From Paecilomyces variotii (lineage: Eukaryota), in NCBI GenBank assembly GCA_004022145.1, contig RCNU01000002.1: a stretch of DNA of 64,000 nt; one strand, given 5' to 3'. The notes beneath the pieces are model-generated. The model was not told where the DNA came from. It searched no databases and saw only the letters and a program-made list of their open reading frames with translations. The position numbers were made by a program, and so were the translations under genes. The stretch's first letter is position 1. Each line of letters opens with the position of its first letter. Of the stretch, positions 26,992 through 40,165 are shown in pieces.

Positions 26992-27662
26992 TTAGACCTG
27001 GGACATAGCCGGGCCTCTGCGGGGAGCGCGGCTGCGCAGGTTGGCACCAGTGCTACGGGAAGCGAGGATAGAGAGAACCAACGAGCCCATAAAGCAGGCC
27101 CAGGCGAACCAGAGGAAGGCAGTCGAGGCCTGGCCTTCACGGCAGCGCTTTTCCCGGTGGCGGGAGTTGTTGGTCACATCGTTGTGGAGGAGGTACTTCT
27201 ATTGTTTCACATTGACGGTTAGTAGAGATGACTTAGAAAAATAAAATCATGGCAGATGATATGCTGGAGATGAGGAAAGACGTACCTGGTTGCTGCAGCT
27301 GTGCGCTTCCAGTCTCGCGGCCAGAACGATTCCCGAAGTCAGGAAAAAGATGGCGTTCAGAGTGTCGAGAATGATCGGGATAATTGCGTGGAGACCCCAT
27401 TCAGGCTCCCAAGTCATCGGGAAGAGGAGGAAGAGCGACACCATTGAGAAGGCCGATGTGAACATAGCATAGTTCACCGAAGCGGGGTTTCCTCCATCGA
27501 AGGCTTGGGCGATCATGTTACCGACCAGAGCCATTACAATGAGGGTAAACACGAACTATAGGAATTGTAAGCGCCATTGATTTATCACAGCTAGTAGATC
27601 CCTTGGGAATTGCTTCCTACCTCTAGTGAACGAAGCACTAGACCAACAGTTCTCGCAACCAT
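26992..27662 (-). CDS. NCE102: MARVEL-domain eisosome protein, Nce102-like; 3 exons
   Basis: MVARTVGLVLRSLE/FVFTLIVMALVGNMIA...NPASVNYAMF...AHSCSNQ/...KRCREGQASTAFLWF...PAMSQV; four TM segments. Confidence 0.88.
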
Positions 27663-29509
27663 CTTGACTGTATTCTTGGAGGGCTCGTTTCAATTGGACG
27701 GTGGTTCTCTTTGGTAAGTATAACCCTCTGGCAGTGATGCTTGCGCGCAACGGTGATCGGGAACAGTGGCGAGTCGATAAACCCCAGGCGATCCTTTCGT
27801 CTGTTCTTCTTGTCTTGACAAGCTGCACGAGTCGGATTTACCGTCCGCCAGGAGGGCTTCCTCGCAGATTTATGATGACTTCGGGGTTGGGCGGAGCGGG
27901 ATATGACGAGATCTGTCAGATGTCTGCTACGTCATACCACCGACGACTTTGACACGCAGTTTTGGACGGTGGAGATGAGGGTTTCAATCAAAGTAAAATC
28001 TAGATCTTGTCTTGCAACGGATTTTGATGGATAGATGGATAGTTAGATAGATAGATGGATAGATAGATAGCTTTTCTATTCGAGAGAGAAGCCATATCGA
28101 GGGTGGTTGATTGTATTCTATTCTACTGCCTAATCGCTGTCTCCCTGCAACGCCAATAATACCTCTTTGCTCTCTCTCTCTCTCCCTCTTCTTCCCCTCC
28201 AATGGAGAACTCGTTAGGGCATGTCACGCGGGCTGAGCCCTAAACCCCCGGTGCTGAGCCCTCAGCCCTAAGCCTCGAGACTGTCCTATCAGACGGCGAT
28301 TCCATTCCGCTACCATCCGACTACGAAACGCAGTTGGCAGTTTGGCCAGTCAAAGCAAGCGCAAGTGTTGACGTAGCTGTTGCACGATCCTTGCGCTGCG
28401 CCGGGTTGGTGGAATTTCGTGGACCAGTCATCATAAACTTGGTTCTACTAGAAGGAGCTGATAACGGACCGTGGAGTAAGTACCATACCATGGAGTACTC
28501 TAGAAGTACGTAGTGGAGAACAGCGCGTAGTTATCAGCCAGGATCAGGATCAGGATCAGTATCAGTTACTCTACAAGAGCGCCAACCAGCTTCTTCATCT
28601 CAGGGAAATTCCCCCTCGAGACTTATAATAATAACCCTTCTCTCTCTGTTTCTACAGCCACAAGCCATTCTGCAAAGATCCCTTTTCCCGCATCCGATAG
28701 TATCATAGTCCCGTCAACGCTGGTAGTCCAGTGGGTCAAGCAGCCCGGGTCCGCACATCCGGGTCCGTCGCGCGATGGGGATCACGCCTACCTTAATTGC
28801 AAACCTTATCTGGGCTGCACGAGTCACCACAGGTCCGATGCGATGCGACTCTCGCTGGGTCAGAAGGCTAGACTGCCATCTTTTAGCATGTCTGTTCTCT
28901 TTTTCCCGCGTTCTCCTAGTTTACTAGGTAGTTACTTAGTCCGGCGCTTAGGGTAGGTTTACATCATCCGAGGTTCATGGCTGCTACATTCTCCGAGAGA
29001 GAGAGAGAGGTAATTATCGTGCTGTCGGAAGAGGAGGGTTGCGATACTTGACTGCATTCCAACGTACAGAGGATATTTGCCATTCCATGACAGCAATTGA
29101 CTCTCGTTCTTTCCGGGTCCTTATTGTCGATCAACAGCTGGACCTTCAGGATGCACGTCAGACCGTACGCTGAAGATATATATATATATATTGGACTTCT
29201 AGCTGGGAAGATGTATTGTGCGTGTCAATTGTAGTGCAGTTAAAGGTGCATAGGTCCAAAGCTGGATTCTGAAAGACTGCTGGTTAACGAGTTGCCCCGC
29301 TTATTTCCAATTGCACTCTAAATCCTAGATACCGTGGCCAGAGGTACGACCAGTACGCTGTGCGAATAGTAGTAGAAATAGGAAACACATCAGTGCTTCC
29401 TGTCGAACAGAGAAGAAAGGGTAATTGTTCCTGATGATTAAAAGGTTTTTCTAAGACGAATATCTCCGTTGTTTAAGAATTCATTGGTCGCCGTCACATA
29501 TTATCCCGC

Positions 29510-31839
29510 TCAGCTCTCCTGGCCTAGCTTGCCTAGCGCTTCGTTCAAGAAGTCATTGGCGTTCATCAACTCCGTACTTCCATACACCACCCTCCGGCGC
29601 CCGTGCAGACCGGAAGATCCAGCTCCAGGGCCTCCCGCACCTCCCGCACCGCCAGCCTGACCGCTCGTCCGCTGCACCCAATCTTGCAAGTTACCGTACT
29701 CGTCCATGCTACCACCGCCAACCGTGAAGACAATGGCCTCGTTGAAGCCTTGTCGCCGTTGACCAAACGTCGCGCTCGTTCCGGGTCCAACGCCTCCCTG
29801 CGGTCCGCCGCCGGGAGAGCGGGACGCGGTGGGTGGCATAGCACCGCGCGCGTTAGAACTCCGTGGATCGAAGTAAAGGTAATCCTCTGTCTTCGCAATG
29901 GCAGAGCTCGAGGCCGAGGCAGGATCCATTATAGACTCGGTGATCTTGGTGAGCGTAAGATCCTTGTTTGCAGGTAGGAAGTTCTTCACCCCCGAAATAA
30001 GGGAGTCGAAGTTGGCCCCCAGGGCACCAGAAGTGATCCGGTCCGTCAGACGGTTGGATAGTGAGGAGAACCCGCGGAAAAGGTCCGACGATTGCTGCTG
30101 GGGTGCACCAGTCGCAGCGCTCGTCATCATCGTCATACGGGTGATTTCGCGAACACGTCTCACGTACTTGATGGAGCTAGTATCGCGGACACCAGCCCGC
30201 GTAAGTGCTTCCTCGAACTGGGTCATCTCATTTCGAGAGAGATCACTCTCAGTACTGAGGAACCAGATAATGAAGAGGCGGAGTTTATCTGTGGGATCAC
30301 TACCCTTGTTCGGATCGTTGATGAGTTCCAAAATCTGTGCTTTGGTCTGCTTCCCGATATTCTCTTCGAGCTGGAAGAAGTTGTCAAGCTGGCGGTCCTT
30401 GATACCTTTCAGCAGAGCGGTAGCGATGTTCATATGCATATCCAATGTCGCCTTGCGTTGGCGCAGCTCTGGAAGAAGCGTGATAGCGGCCTTCAATTGC
30501 TGCGCGGAGGCACTGGTATCATTCTGAAGATCTTCAATGGATGAAGCGCCAGTTTTTCTCGTGATCTCGTTGGCGTCCTCCTTGTACCGAGTCAGCTCTG
30601 TGTCGATATTTTCCGCTACCTGCGGGAATGGGACGCCAGCATTGTTTTTCCAGAAAAAGTCAGTTGAGTTCAAGTCATAGGACCGTTTAGTGGTTCCTTT
30701 CGCTGGGTTGGACTCGTCCACGGGTGTCTCCACTGTAATGCGGTTTAGCCGCATTTCGAGGACGTCCTGAACAAGAGACTGGTATGTCCATGAGTGTGAA
30801 AGCATAGGGACAAGGTCAACACTGCGGTCGACGATTATCAGGACAGGCCTGGAGGAAGGGACCCCAGCAGCACTCTTCTTGCTACCAGAGAACAGGTTGT
30901 CCTTGGAATTAAGAATATGATCGCGTAGTTTTCGGTCAAGCTTGGTTGCAATCAACTCAGCTGGACCGCCCTTGGGACACCGTATAATTGGAATGCTCCC
31001 TATGATTTCAATGAGTAACATGGCCCGTCGAACCAAGAAAAAGGGCCTCACATACCCATGGTAACGCTGACGCTGAATAGCCCGCTCACTATCTTGTCCA
31101 CCGTGGCATCCAGATCCTCATCGGTTGTTTCTGAACTGTTGATCTTCCAGTAGACATCCCTTCCCATTCCCAGACTGAAGAGGTCGGGTTCTGCCACAAC
31201 AAAGTTCAAATATTGATCGTATACTTGTGCGACATATTCTGCCGTCCCCGTCGATGCAATCTGCGACGCGAAATCTTCAAGGAGCGGCCGGGGAATGGAA
31301 GACAAGAAATTTACGTAGGCCGGAGAGTAAAGGCCCCGGGAGAGGTCTGAAGTAATAAGTTGGATATTGACGGGGGTCGGTTCGACTAGGTAGACCACAG
31401 GAACATCTGGAATTGGGTATCGAGGAGAGTTGATGTTCCTAGCAGCGGACGGTCAGTTGCGATGCTACAATAGATACAGGATGAACAAGGAACCGCATCT
31501 TGGGAGCACACATACAAATGAATCGTTACACCCCATGCGCGCAAGTCATTAACCCGCAAAACACTACTAATCACATCTCGGCCCATGTTGTCGAATACCA
31601 GGACCTTCCATATGGGGTCGCCATCTTCATTCAAGATAGGAGTTGACTGTGAAATAAGTCCATTGGTGGACGATTCGTGCGACGTATCCGCGCCATGATG
31701 GGTGTCATGATTCAAGTTAAGTATCTTTTCGATCGATGCTATCGAATGTTGTCAATCTCAGTGAGTTTGGCTGGATTCCTAGAGTGGTGCACAACCTACC
31801 GACCTGACGGTCCCGAAGCGACGCTGGATGCGATGCCAT
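29510..31839 (-). CDS. SLY1: Sec1/Munc18-family ER-Golgi protein Sly1, multi-exon
   Basis: SLRDRQ, WKVLVFD..GRDVISSVLRVNDLRAWGVTIHL, RPVLIIVDRSVDL, DMHMNIATALL, VVYGSTEL. Confidence 0.96.
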
Positions 31840-32989
31840 GGTGGGTGGCAGCTCCAACACTAAACGTTCACGAAGAATGAGCACTCAAGAGAGGCTTCAT
31901 GACACAAGGAAATCGCACAACACACCCCAGTCACCATAAAAACCAGTGCAAGGAACGTCTTGTCTATCAACGCTTCACCAGGTGGCCGCATCGCCCTCAC
32001 CATCCACCTGGCATCCCGAGGAGCTGTCCCCGGCCGTGCTGACATAATCTAGGCAAAACATGCAAACTGCATAGTTACATGTTCTCGCTAGTCCCAAACA
32101 GGCATAGTGACACAACACCTCAAACTGCCCAACCTCACCCAGTCTCTCCCTCTCCTCCGTCCTGTTCCAACAACCACACTGCGACCATCCGATCCTTTCG
32201 TAAAGCGAATGTCTATCCTACTGGATAGCTTTTGAGAATGGCCCTTGGTATGAGGGTTACTTATTTTCTCGTTTAAGGCAAGTTTAGGACGGGAATCACA
32301 ACTGAGCAGGTTGGACGTGCAAAAGTCGTCCGCAGTCACTTGTGTCAGGGAGAGTGAAAAAAGAAAAGGCAGAGTGACCCAGACGTGAGAGGCCAAAAAC
32401 AGTGGGAGGAACTCAGAGGCACTGGATTTCTACATCTACTGTACTTGCCGGTGTATTTGAGATTTTGAATCCTTTGGAAGATCACCGTCTTTTAAAAGGG
32501 CGAGGCAAGCACGCCGTGGAGCGCTTCAAGACCTGGACGCGACCCGCCTGAAGGGATCAGTGAAAGGGGAGGACCTTAAGGACGCCTGAGGCATCTACGC
32601 CGATCTAACGCAACGTGATTCGGTGGGCCTTGTCCCGCGCTTTCTGCCACCGTTCTAAGGCACCTATCTTACCACAGTCGGGACCTCGACTCGCCGCTTT
32701 TTGCGCCACTGTCTGTACCAGCATTTTCTTTTCCCAAGACAACGCATTTTTTCTTTTTTATCTGGCCGTCGTCTACATTCGGCCATTTGCGACTATTCTG
32801 TGCCGTCGTTGCCCAGACTCGCATTATTTGCATGTTGGCTCGCCCGGTCAGAATAATCTAATAAGCTCCACTGGCGTCCCATTTGACTCCGATCTAAAAG
32901 CGGCGAGCGGTGTGCCTTCCGAGAGCACGTGTCAGTCACGTGACCACATTCACTTGGCATCCGCATATACTCTTATCACTGCGCCCAGC

Positions 32990-35900
32990 ATGGAGCAGTC
33001 ATCGGCGCAGAATAATGTGCCTCATATGCATCCTCCATCAGTAACCTCTGGTTCTGTACATCCAGAATATTGGAGCTTGTATTCAGCTGGACCGGACCAG
33101 CAACAGCCATTGGGCAGCGGTTGGAACCATACAGTGTTCCAACAAGCTCCTCAACAACAGCAACAACAACAGAATCATGTGCAACAGATACAAGAGCCTA
33201 ACCAAGGTATCTACTCCCAGAACCCGCCATCCTGGCATCAGAGTCCATCCCTGCAACATCATGCAGTTTCTCAGCAGCATTCGATCTCCCCGGGGCCACA
33301 AGGATATAACATTCCGCCCCAATACCAAATGCAACCTTACCGCCAAGAGCACGTTGCATATGAGCCTCGTTCTCTGACGCCATCCAATCCCCCGGCATAT
33401 GAATCTCCATATAGCTTTGAGCCAAGTTTCTTTCAGCCACACCAGGTTCAGCTGCCGGAGACGTACTCGCAACCGACATCACAAAGCGTACAACGCCAGA
33501 ACACTCAACCATCAAATGTGCCTTCCAACTCTTTCCGGCAGCCTATTACACAGTATCAGATGCATGCTGATTTTCCCGAGAATATTGCGGTATGTCAACG
33601 AATACAGGAATATTCTTATAGGTCTTCGATACTAATGTGGACCAGCATTCTCATGTTAACTTCCCTTCTACTTCTTATCATGAACAGACGCCTAATCTCG
33701 CTTATCAAACGAGCACTATCAACCCGCAGTTCCTTACCACGTCACAGCAGGCATCTAATCAGGCTCATGCCGCTTCTCATCAAAATGAGTTCTTCCAATT
33801 CACCCCCGCTGACTTCGAGCGTCCTGATAACACCAAGTAAGTCTCCCCAGAGCCTATCTCAATACCAGTCAGGAATGCTCATGTTAGGTGTAAGAAACTA
33901 CGAGTTTTATCATCATCAAGACTTTCAGCCAAATGCCCTTAATCAGACAGTTCAACAACATCATGAGCCTACCCAGCAAAGCCAGCTTGACCTGTCTACT
34001 CAGCCTACTATTCCTCAGCTTCTCCAGTTCCGGAACATTACGTCACAGGGTGACAATCAAATACCCGTGATCAAACAAGGTAAGCTCAGATTCTGCTTCC
34101 ATGTAAGCCCTTTAATGTTAACGCGCGTAGACCCCGGTGTAGTGCCGCCGGTGAAGCCTGCGAAAGCAGCCGCACCGAAGAAAAAGAAGTCCAGTCCGAC
34201 AAAGTCGTCGCAGACAAAGGTCAAGAAGGCTACTAGCAAGGCATCTACTAAGAAACAGGGCTCCAAATCTGCCTCTTCCAGTTCTGAGAGCGACAGTTAT
34301 GACGATTCTGATCTTGACATCGAGATACCCGAGGAGCCGTCTCCTATTCCGGCTACTCGTCCGCAGGATCCGGTGGCTGCAGCCGAGTATGATACACTCA
34401 AGGCCGTCTGGTCGCCACGTAATAGGCGACCAGCTGTTGACACAATAAAAACCGCCCTTGTTGCGTTCAAGGATGTCGTCAAATCTGTAAGGGATGCATG
34501 GAAAGAACAGAGCCAGGCCATGAAGGTAGCGGAGAACCAATCCGACAATAACAAGGCAGCCGAGATCAAGAAGAATGTCACTCTTCAGCGCCGGTTAATG
34601 GAGGTTGTTGTCAATACGGCCTTGGAGAAAGGCCATCCGATCATTGTCGAGAAGTATGTCCATGCTGATTCATTTCTTAAACACTTGGCAGAGCGTCATT
34701 GTTTTCATGGGTGTAGATGTCTGCAGCAGAATGAGAGCTACTACCATGTAAACCTGTTAGCGCGGACTCTCGGCCTGCTTTTGAGAAAAGGTATAGATAA
34801 AGGCTGCTGTCTCCATATCCACGGGCTACCGTATGCTTCAAACGAACATGGTATCATCCCAAAAAGCTACGCCGGTATAAAGATCCCGTTAAGATGCAGA
34901 CTGGAAACACCGGTCGAGAAATCACGCGCTATATGGTCATGGAGTACTCTCAGATGCGACAACATGAAAAGACCCAAAGATATTTGTTTCTGCCTCCAAT
35001 TTATCCTTTCCATCTCTTGCCATCATTCTCTTCATGAAGAAACAGTTACTGACCAGATGTCCAGACTAGGTGAACATCCTATGGCTGTTGCGGCAATGTA
35101 TTCTTTTCTCTTGGACCGACACCAGGCTTCTGATTACGAGGGCAATTTAACGGTTAGCCTTCTGAAGGTAAGATCTTCCCATTAATAATTTCTTTCAGTG
35201 CAAGACTAATATGTTGAAAATGATCAGCTTCTGGCTCGCTTTGTGACTATGGATGAAGATGTGCTGCAAAAAACCAATGTTGCAAAGCTTCTGCCCAGGT
35301 TCATGAAAAAGGGCGGGCAAACAGTCAAGGACTTGGCACAAAAGATCATAGATAATGCGGCTGCCTCCACCAAGAGAAAACAGGAAGCGGCAAAGGCACC
35401 GACTAAAGAGCAGCCTCCAGTGAAGACAGCATCTGACACTACTAATGGTACTTCTCAGACTGAACACGGGGTTAAACGTCCTCGTGAGGGTGAAAGTAAT
35501 GGTCTACCAGCCACTAAGCGTGCAGTGACTCCCTCAAATGTCAAGACTGCCACCAATACTGTCACCGGTGCCAGCGCTAGTAGCAATGCCACTGTCCCCA
35601 GTAAACGTCCAGCAGAGGGGAACGCCGATGCAAAAGCAACATCGGCGCCCAGTAACGGAACTGCACTTCGGCCCAAAGCTAATATTGTTGCTCCAAAACC
35701 TACTAGTCTTTTCGGAAGCCTAGCTTCTGCTTCCAAGAGACCGGGCACTTCCAATGCGGCACGCGCTGCTGCTGCTGCGAAGGAAAAAGCGAGGTATGTT
35801 GTGAAAACTCGTGTTGTTCATACGTCGTGTACTGACAATCACAGCGCTGCTGCTGAGAAGAAGGACACTCCGCCTCCACCCCCTCCGAAACCAACATTTT

Positions 35901-37306
35901 CGTTCGGAGATCTCCTGGCCGACCTTAATAAACCGAAAGACACCGCCTCTGAGAAGCCAACGGAGGAGAGGCCCCCTGAAACAGAAGAAGAGCGCAAAAA
36001 GCGGCTTCGGAAAGAGGAAAGGCGAAGACTGCGCGTTACTTGGAAGCCCGACGACTCGCTTACGGAGATTCGCCTCTTCACACATGATCCTGAAGAGGAG
36101 ACCGGTCGTGATTCGAGTTCGATTCGCGATGTAGGCGACATCAAGGGAGAAGGCCGTGTGCTTAAAGAGCACAAGGACCTGGACGACTTAGAAGACGACG
36201 AAGAAGTGGGAGCCAAGGAAGAAGAGCTGCAGCCCTATGGTGGAGTCTCTGGTACGCCCATTTGTGTCTCTGCTAATTCTAGATCCCGGCTAACTCTCCT
36301 AGAAATCGACTTTACCGTAATCGAAGCGGAAGACAGGGCGCGGAATTATGTCAAACGGGCAGGCAATCTACAGCCATCGAGCCCCGAGAAACAAGCTCAG
36401 GAGCATCGTGAAGCTACCACGTTGATGGTGGTCCACGCATCGCCTGCAGATATACCCTCAACCCCGAAGGAGCCGCCGCCTCCAGGTGACGAGGAAAAGG
36501 CGCCTGAGGAAGTATCATTTGGTGAGCTTCCGGATCATGTCAAGGCTAGGCAAGCACGTTACTTTGCGATGGTCAACCCCCAACCAGCTCTGCCGCCTCA
36601 GCCATCCGTGCCAGTGCCAGCGCCTGCTGCGCCTGGTGGTGGACTTGACATATCAAACCTCCTCAAGATAATCCAAAACGCACCACAGCAACGTCCGACA
36701 CCTCCGCCCCAGCCTGTTCAGCAGGCTCCGCTGTCGGATCTTGAAAAAACGATCAATCTGTTCCGCCAACAGCAAGGCCAACCACCATTGCCCCAACTCC
36801 CTCAATTCCCTATTGCGCAGCCTCCTGTTTCTCAGCCTCCAGCTTCTCAGGACATCAATTTGCAGAAGATCCTGGCTGTCATCAATGCTCAAAAGCAATT
36901 ACAGCAACCTCCTGCTCTGCCACAAAATCAACCGCCGCAACCTGCTATGCCATCGAATCTCGCTGCTATTATTTCCCAGTTTACCAATCCAGCCCAACAG
37001 GGTTTTCAGGCACAACCTCAGCAGTCGTCCAATCAGCATTATGAAGACCCGGAGCGCAAGCGCATGCGTGAAGGTCTTGGCTACGACGGTCCCAGTGACG
37101 ACAGATACAGCCAACAAAAGCGCCCGAAGATGTATGTGGATCCTAAGGCAAAGAAACATGTAAGTAGCGGCCTCGTCCTAACTTAAGACGCGCTGATACT
37201 GACTTCATCATAGCCCAAGGCTGGTCTGGTCGCTTGCCGGTATTGGCGCGAGGGCAAATGTCTGAAAGGCGAGGATTGCACGTTCCGCCATGACCCTCTT
37301 GACTGA
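32990..37306 (+). CDS. PNUTS/Ppn1-like PP1 regulatory nuclear protein (TFIIS-N-like helical region, RVTW motif, C-terminal CCCH finger); 9 exons
   Basis: Introns 33590-33645, 33837-33894, 34080-34130, 34654-35064, 35168-35227, 35794-35844, 36252-36302, 37160-37213; RRRLRVTWKPDDSLTEIRLF; last exon CRYWREGKCLKGEDCTFRHD. Family assignment is inferred from architecture. Confidence 0.75.
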
Positions 37307-38138
37307 GTCGTCGGGCGTCACATTCAACCAACTTCCTTTCGTTTGATACCCCTGTTCTTTTTTATCTACGTGGCGGATGTCCTCGTTATGCATTGTGGGT
37401 CGTACTGGAAATAGTTGTTTTCTTCCTACACCGGTCACAGGTCATGATTATGCATTTTGTCATCGGACGGTCAAAGATCACTCTCCCACAGTTTATACGG
37501 CGTCCATTCCAGGGGTACTATAATCCGGTCGGGTTTCGGTATCGAATCATCTTTGCCGTTTCAAAGCGTTCAGTCGATCATGTTTCAGAGAAGGTGTTTC
37601 CCCTCAAAAGACCTGTTACTTTACCTTTTCTTCATGAAATTCTTCTCGTTCACATCACGGGCGGTCATCTTCACCGCTATCATTCAGTGGCGAGGCATCG
37701 AGCCATGGCATTTCTTTCAGGTGTTCTTGTCAGTATGTTATTATCCGTTTGAAATACTGTACATTAGATGGCGGTAAACCTAGCCATAGAATAAGTATGA
37801 AGTTATGATCCATTGAATATTCTCTGTAAATCGGCTGCAACTCGGGACTGTCCGACACATGTACATACGATCCTAAGGATCTATGGCAATCGAAATAGTA
37901 CTAGTAATCCCTGGAGTAGTTATCTGCGATAAACAGTTCTGCGCCGACGCATATCTTATCTGTGGGGACTTCTGGTTGCTCCCCACGTTAACGACCCCCA
38001 TCCCTGTCACTAGATCCTCCGAAGCTCTGACAAATAAGTACCCATTCATTTGTTCCACATGCAATATAATACGCTGTCTGTCTCCCTTTTTTTAATGCTG
38101 ATTCACCACACTCCTTTATCTAAGATATCACAGAAATA

Positions 38139-39670
38139 ATGGTTTTGCGCAAGATCTCAGCAGCCGAGATCAGCGGCCATTGCCATGAAGACGACGCCTG
38201 GATGGTCATCAATGGCGTCGTATGGGATGTCACTGGCTTCGCTGCGAAGCATCCTGGAGGACCAAAAATCATCGCAGACCACGTTGGAAAGGACGGAAGC
38301 AGCATGTACAATGATATACATGGCCCTGGACTCATTGCCTCTCACCTTGGGTCTGACAGACAGATCGGCGTGGTGGACAACCAATACAAGAACAGCCTGG
38401 TAAATGAAACCAAAAGGGAACCTAGCATTCCCAAACCAGACTTGAAATCGATTGTGGATCTTTCGCAATTCGAAAAAGTGGCGGAGAAAGCGCTGAAGCA
38501 AAGAGCCTGGAAGTATATTTCTGGTGCAACGGAGGATGGAGTGACGCACGAAGCAAACTGCGAGTTCTACCGGCGAATTTTCTTCCGACCTCAGATGCTC
38601 AATGGTGCAGGCAAGATCGATACGAGCACTGTTTTCATGGGGAAGAAATGTGCACTGCCTTTCTTCATCGCACCCACGTCATCTGTCAAGCTCTCTCATC
38701 CGGACGGTGAACTCGCGCTGGCAAAGGCCTCCGTGGCTCATGGAGTGCCACCCTGCCTGCCTACTATGTCCTCGTATGCCCTGCCGGAGATTGTGGACGT
38801 CATGCCTCCTTCATATCCCTTCTTCTTCCAGCTGTATATGAATCTAGATCGCTCCCAAGCAGCACGGACGTTACGGCAGGCACGGGACTTGGGGGCTCAA
38901 GCGATCCTCGTAACGGTTGACTTGCCTGTGATGAGCAAAAGACAAAATATCGACAGGCGGCAGTCGCCACTCCAACGAGAGACACAGGAGGCTCTTGAGA
39001 AGAAAGAGGAACAACGCCCAGCTGCTCAGGAATGGTCATATACCCCGAACAACGTCGCCATTGACCCAGACCTTCAATGGAAAGATATCGAGTGGATCCG
39101 GAAAGTGACCGGATTACCTGTCATTCTGAAGGGCATCCAGAGTGCAGCAGATGCAAAGCGTGCATTCGAACATGGCTGTAGCGGTGTCTACATTTCCAAC
39201 CATGGCGGCCGAGCTCTGGACACAGCACCTCCAGCGATACTTGTTCTCCTCGAGATTCACGCGACTTGTCCCGAGATCCTGGGCAAATTGGATATCATGA
39301 TCGACGGAGGTATTCGAAGAGGATCAGACATTCTGAAAGCTATATATGTCTTGGCGCGAATGTCGTTTGTATCGGGCGCCCATTTCTCTATGCTCTTTCC
39401 TACGGAGAGGCGGGTGTGAACCACGCCTTTGATAGTACGTCTTATCGCCCCAACGTTTCGTTCCATTGTGGAACTATACTGACTAAAGAGTCACTGGCAG
39501 TCTTGAAACATGAGCTCGAAACTGCTATGGCATTACTAGGAATATCCAGTCTTGACCAAGCACATCCAGGGCTCGTCAACACGAGTCTCCTAGATTTCAT
39601 GGTCTACCGTACTGACAAGCATCCATGGGCCGCATATCCGGTACCACGGATAGGTGGAAGTAAGCTGTAA
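38139..39670 (+). pseudogene. Cytochrome b5 + FMN-dependent alpha-hydroxy acid dehydrogenase (cytochrome b2-like) with a 2-bp frameshift at ~39341-39347
   Basis: HPGG heme motif, SNHGGR, DGGIRRGSDILKA; the expected continuation ICLGANVVCIGRPFLY is in another frame; intron 39435-39500; repaired protein ends -SKL. May be an assembly error rather than a true pseudogene. Confidence 0.8.
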
Positions 39671-40165
39671 GCTATGAGCTATATAAGGGATCCAAAAATA
39701 GAATAAAGACGCTTGTGCCGGGGAATTTGGGAACAAGCTGCAGATAGAGTTTTGACTTTGACAATAAGAACGTGGTGGTTGAGAGGTTTTCGATCAAAGA
39801 AAAAGAACTTAAGTGACTAGAGTAGTTGTCAGGAGGACAAAGATTATTATAGGAAGTAAGGAAGATAAGAAAAGCGAATCTGGCATGTTACAATTGTATT
39901 CTAAAATCTATCCTGCGCATAAGTTGTTGTTTTTCGAACATAAATTCTGGTTCATTTGATCTATAGCACGCTGGTGGGGTAAACTTTCGACAAGTGGCCA
40001 AAGTTAACAGACAACCGTTCAAAAACAATTAATGGCGCTCAACCTACTTGGATATCTCATCACGTCCTTGGAATCTAGCCTTTAACGACTCGCTATGGGA
40101 TTGACCAGGGCAATCAATCTAGAGATAAACGGCTAAAAAAGAGATTGTTCAACTAGACATCCAAC

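Noticed and set aside
28232-28275. GCTGAGCCCT/AGCCCTAA repeats resembling telomeric sequence
   Set aside because: Short and degenerate; not a true interstitial telomere tract or template context
32615-32989. ORF-track N-terminal extension of the PNUTS-like gene
   Set aside because: Starts at a non-ATG codon in probable 5'UTR; first in-frame ATG is 32990. The same applies to extensions at 6495 and 20075.
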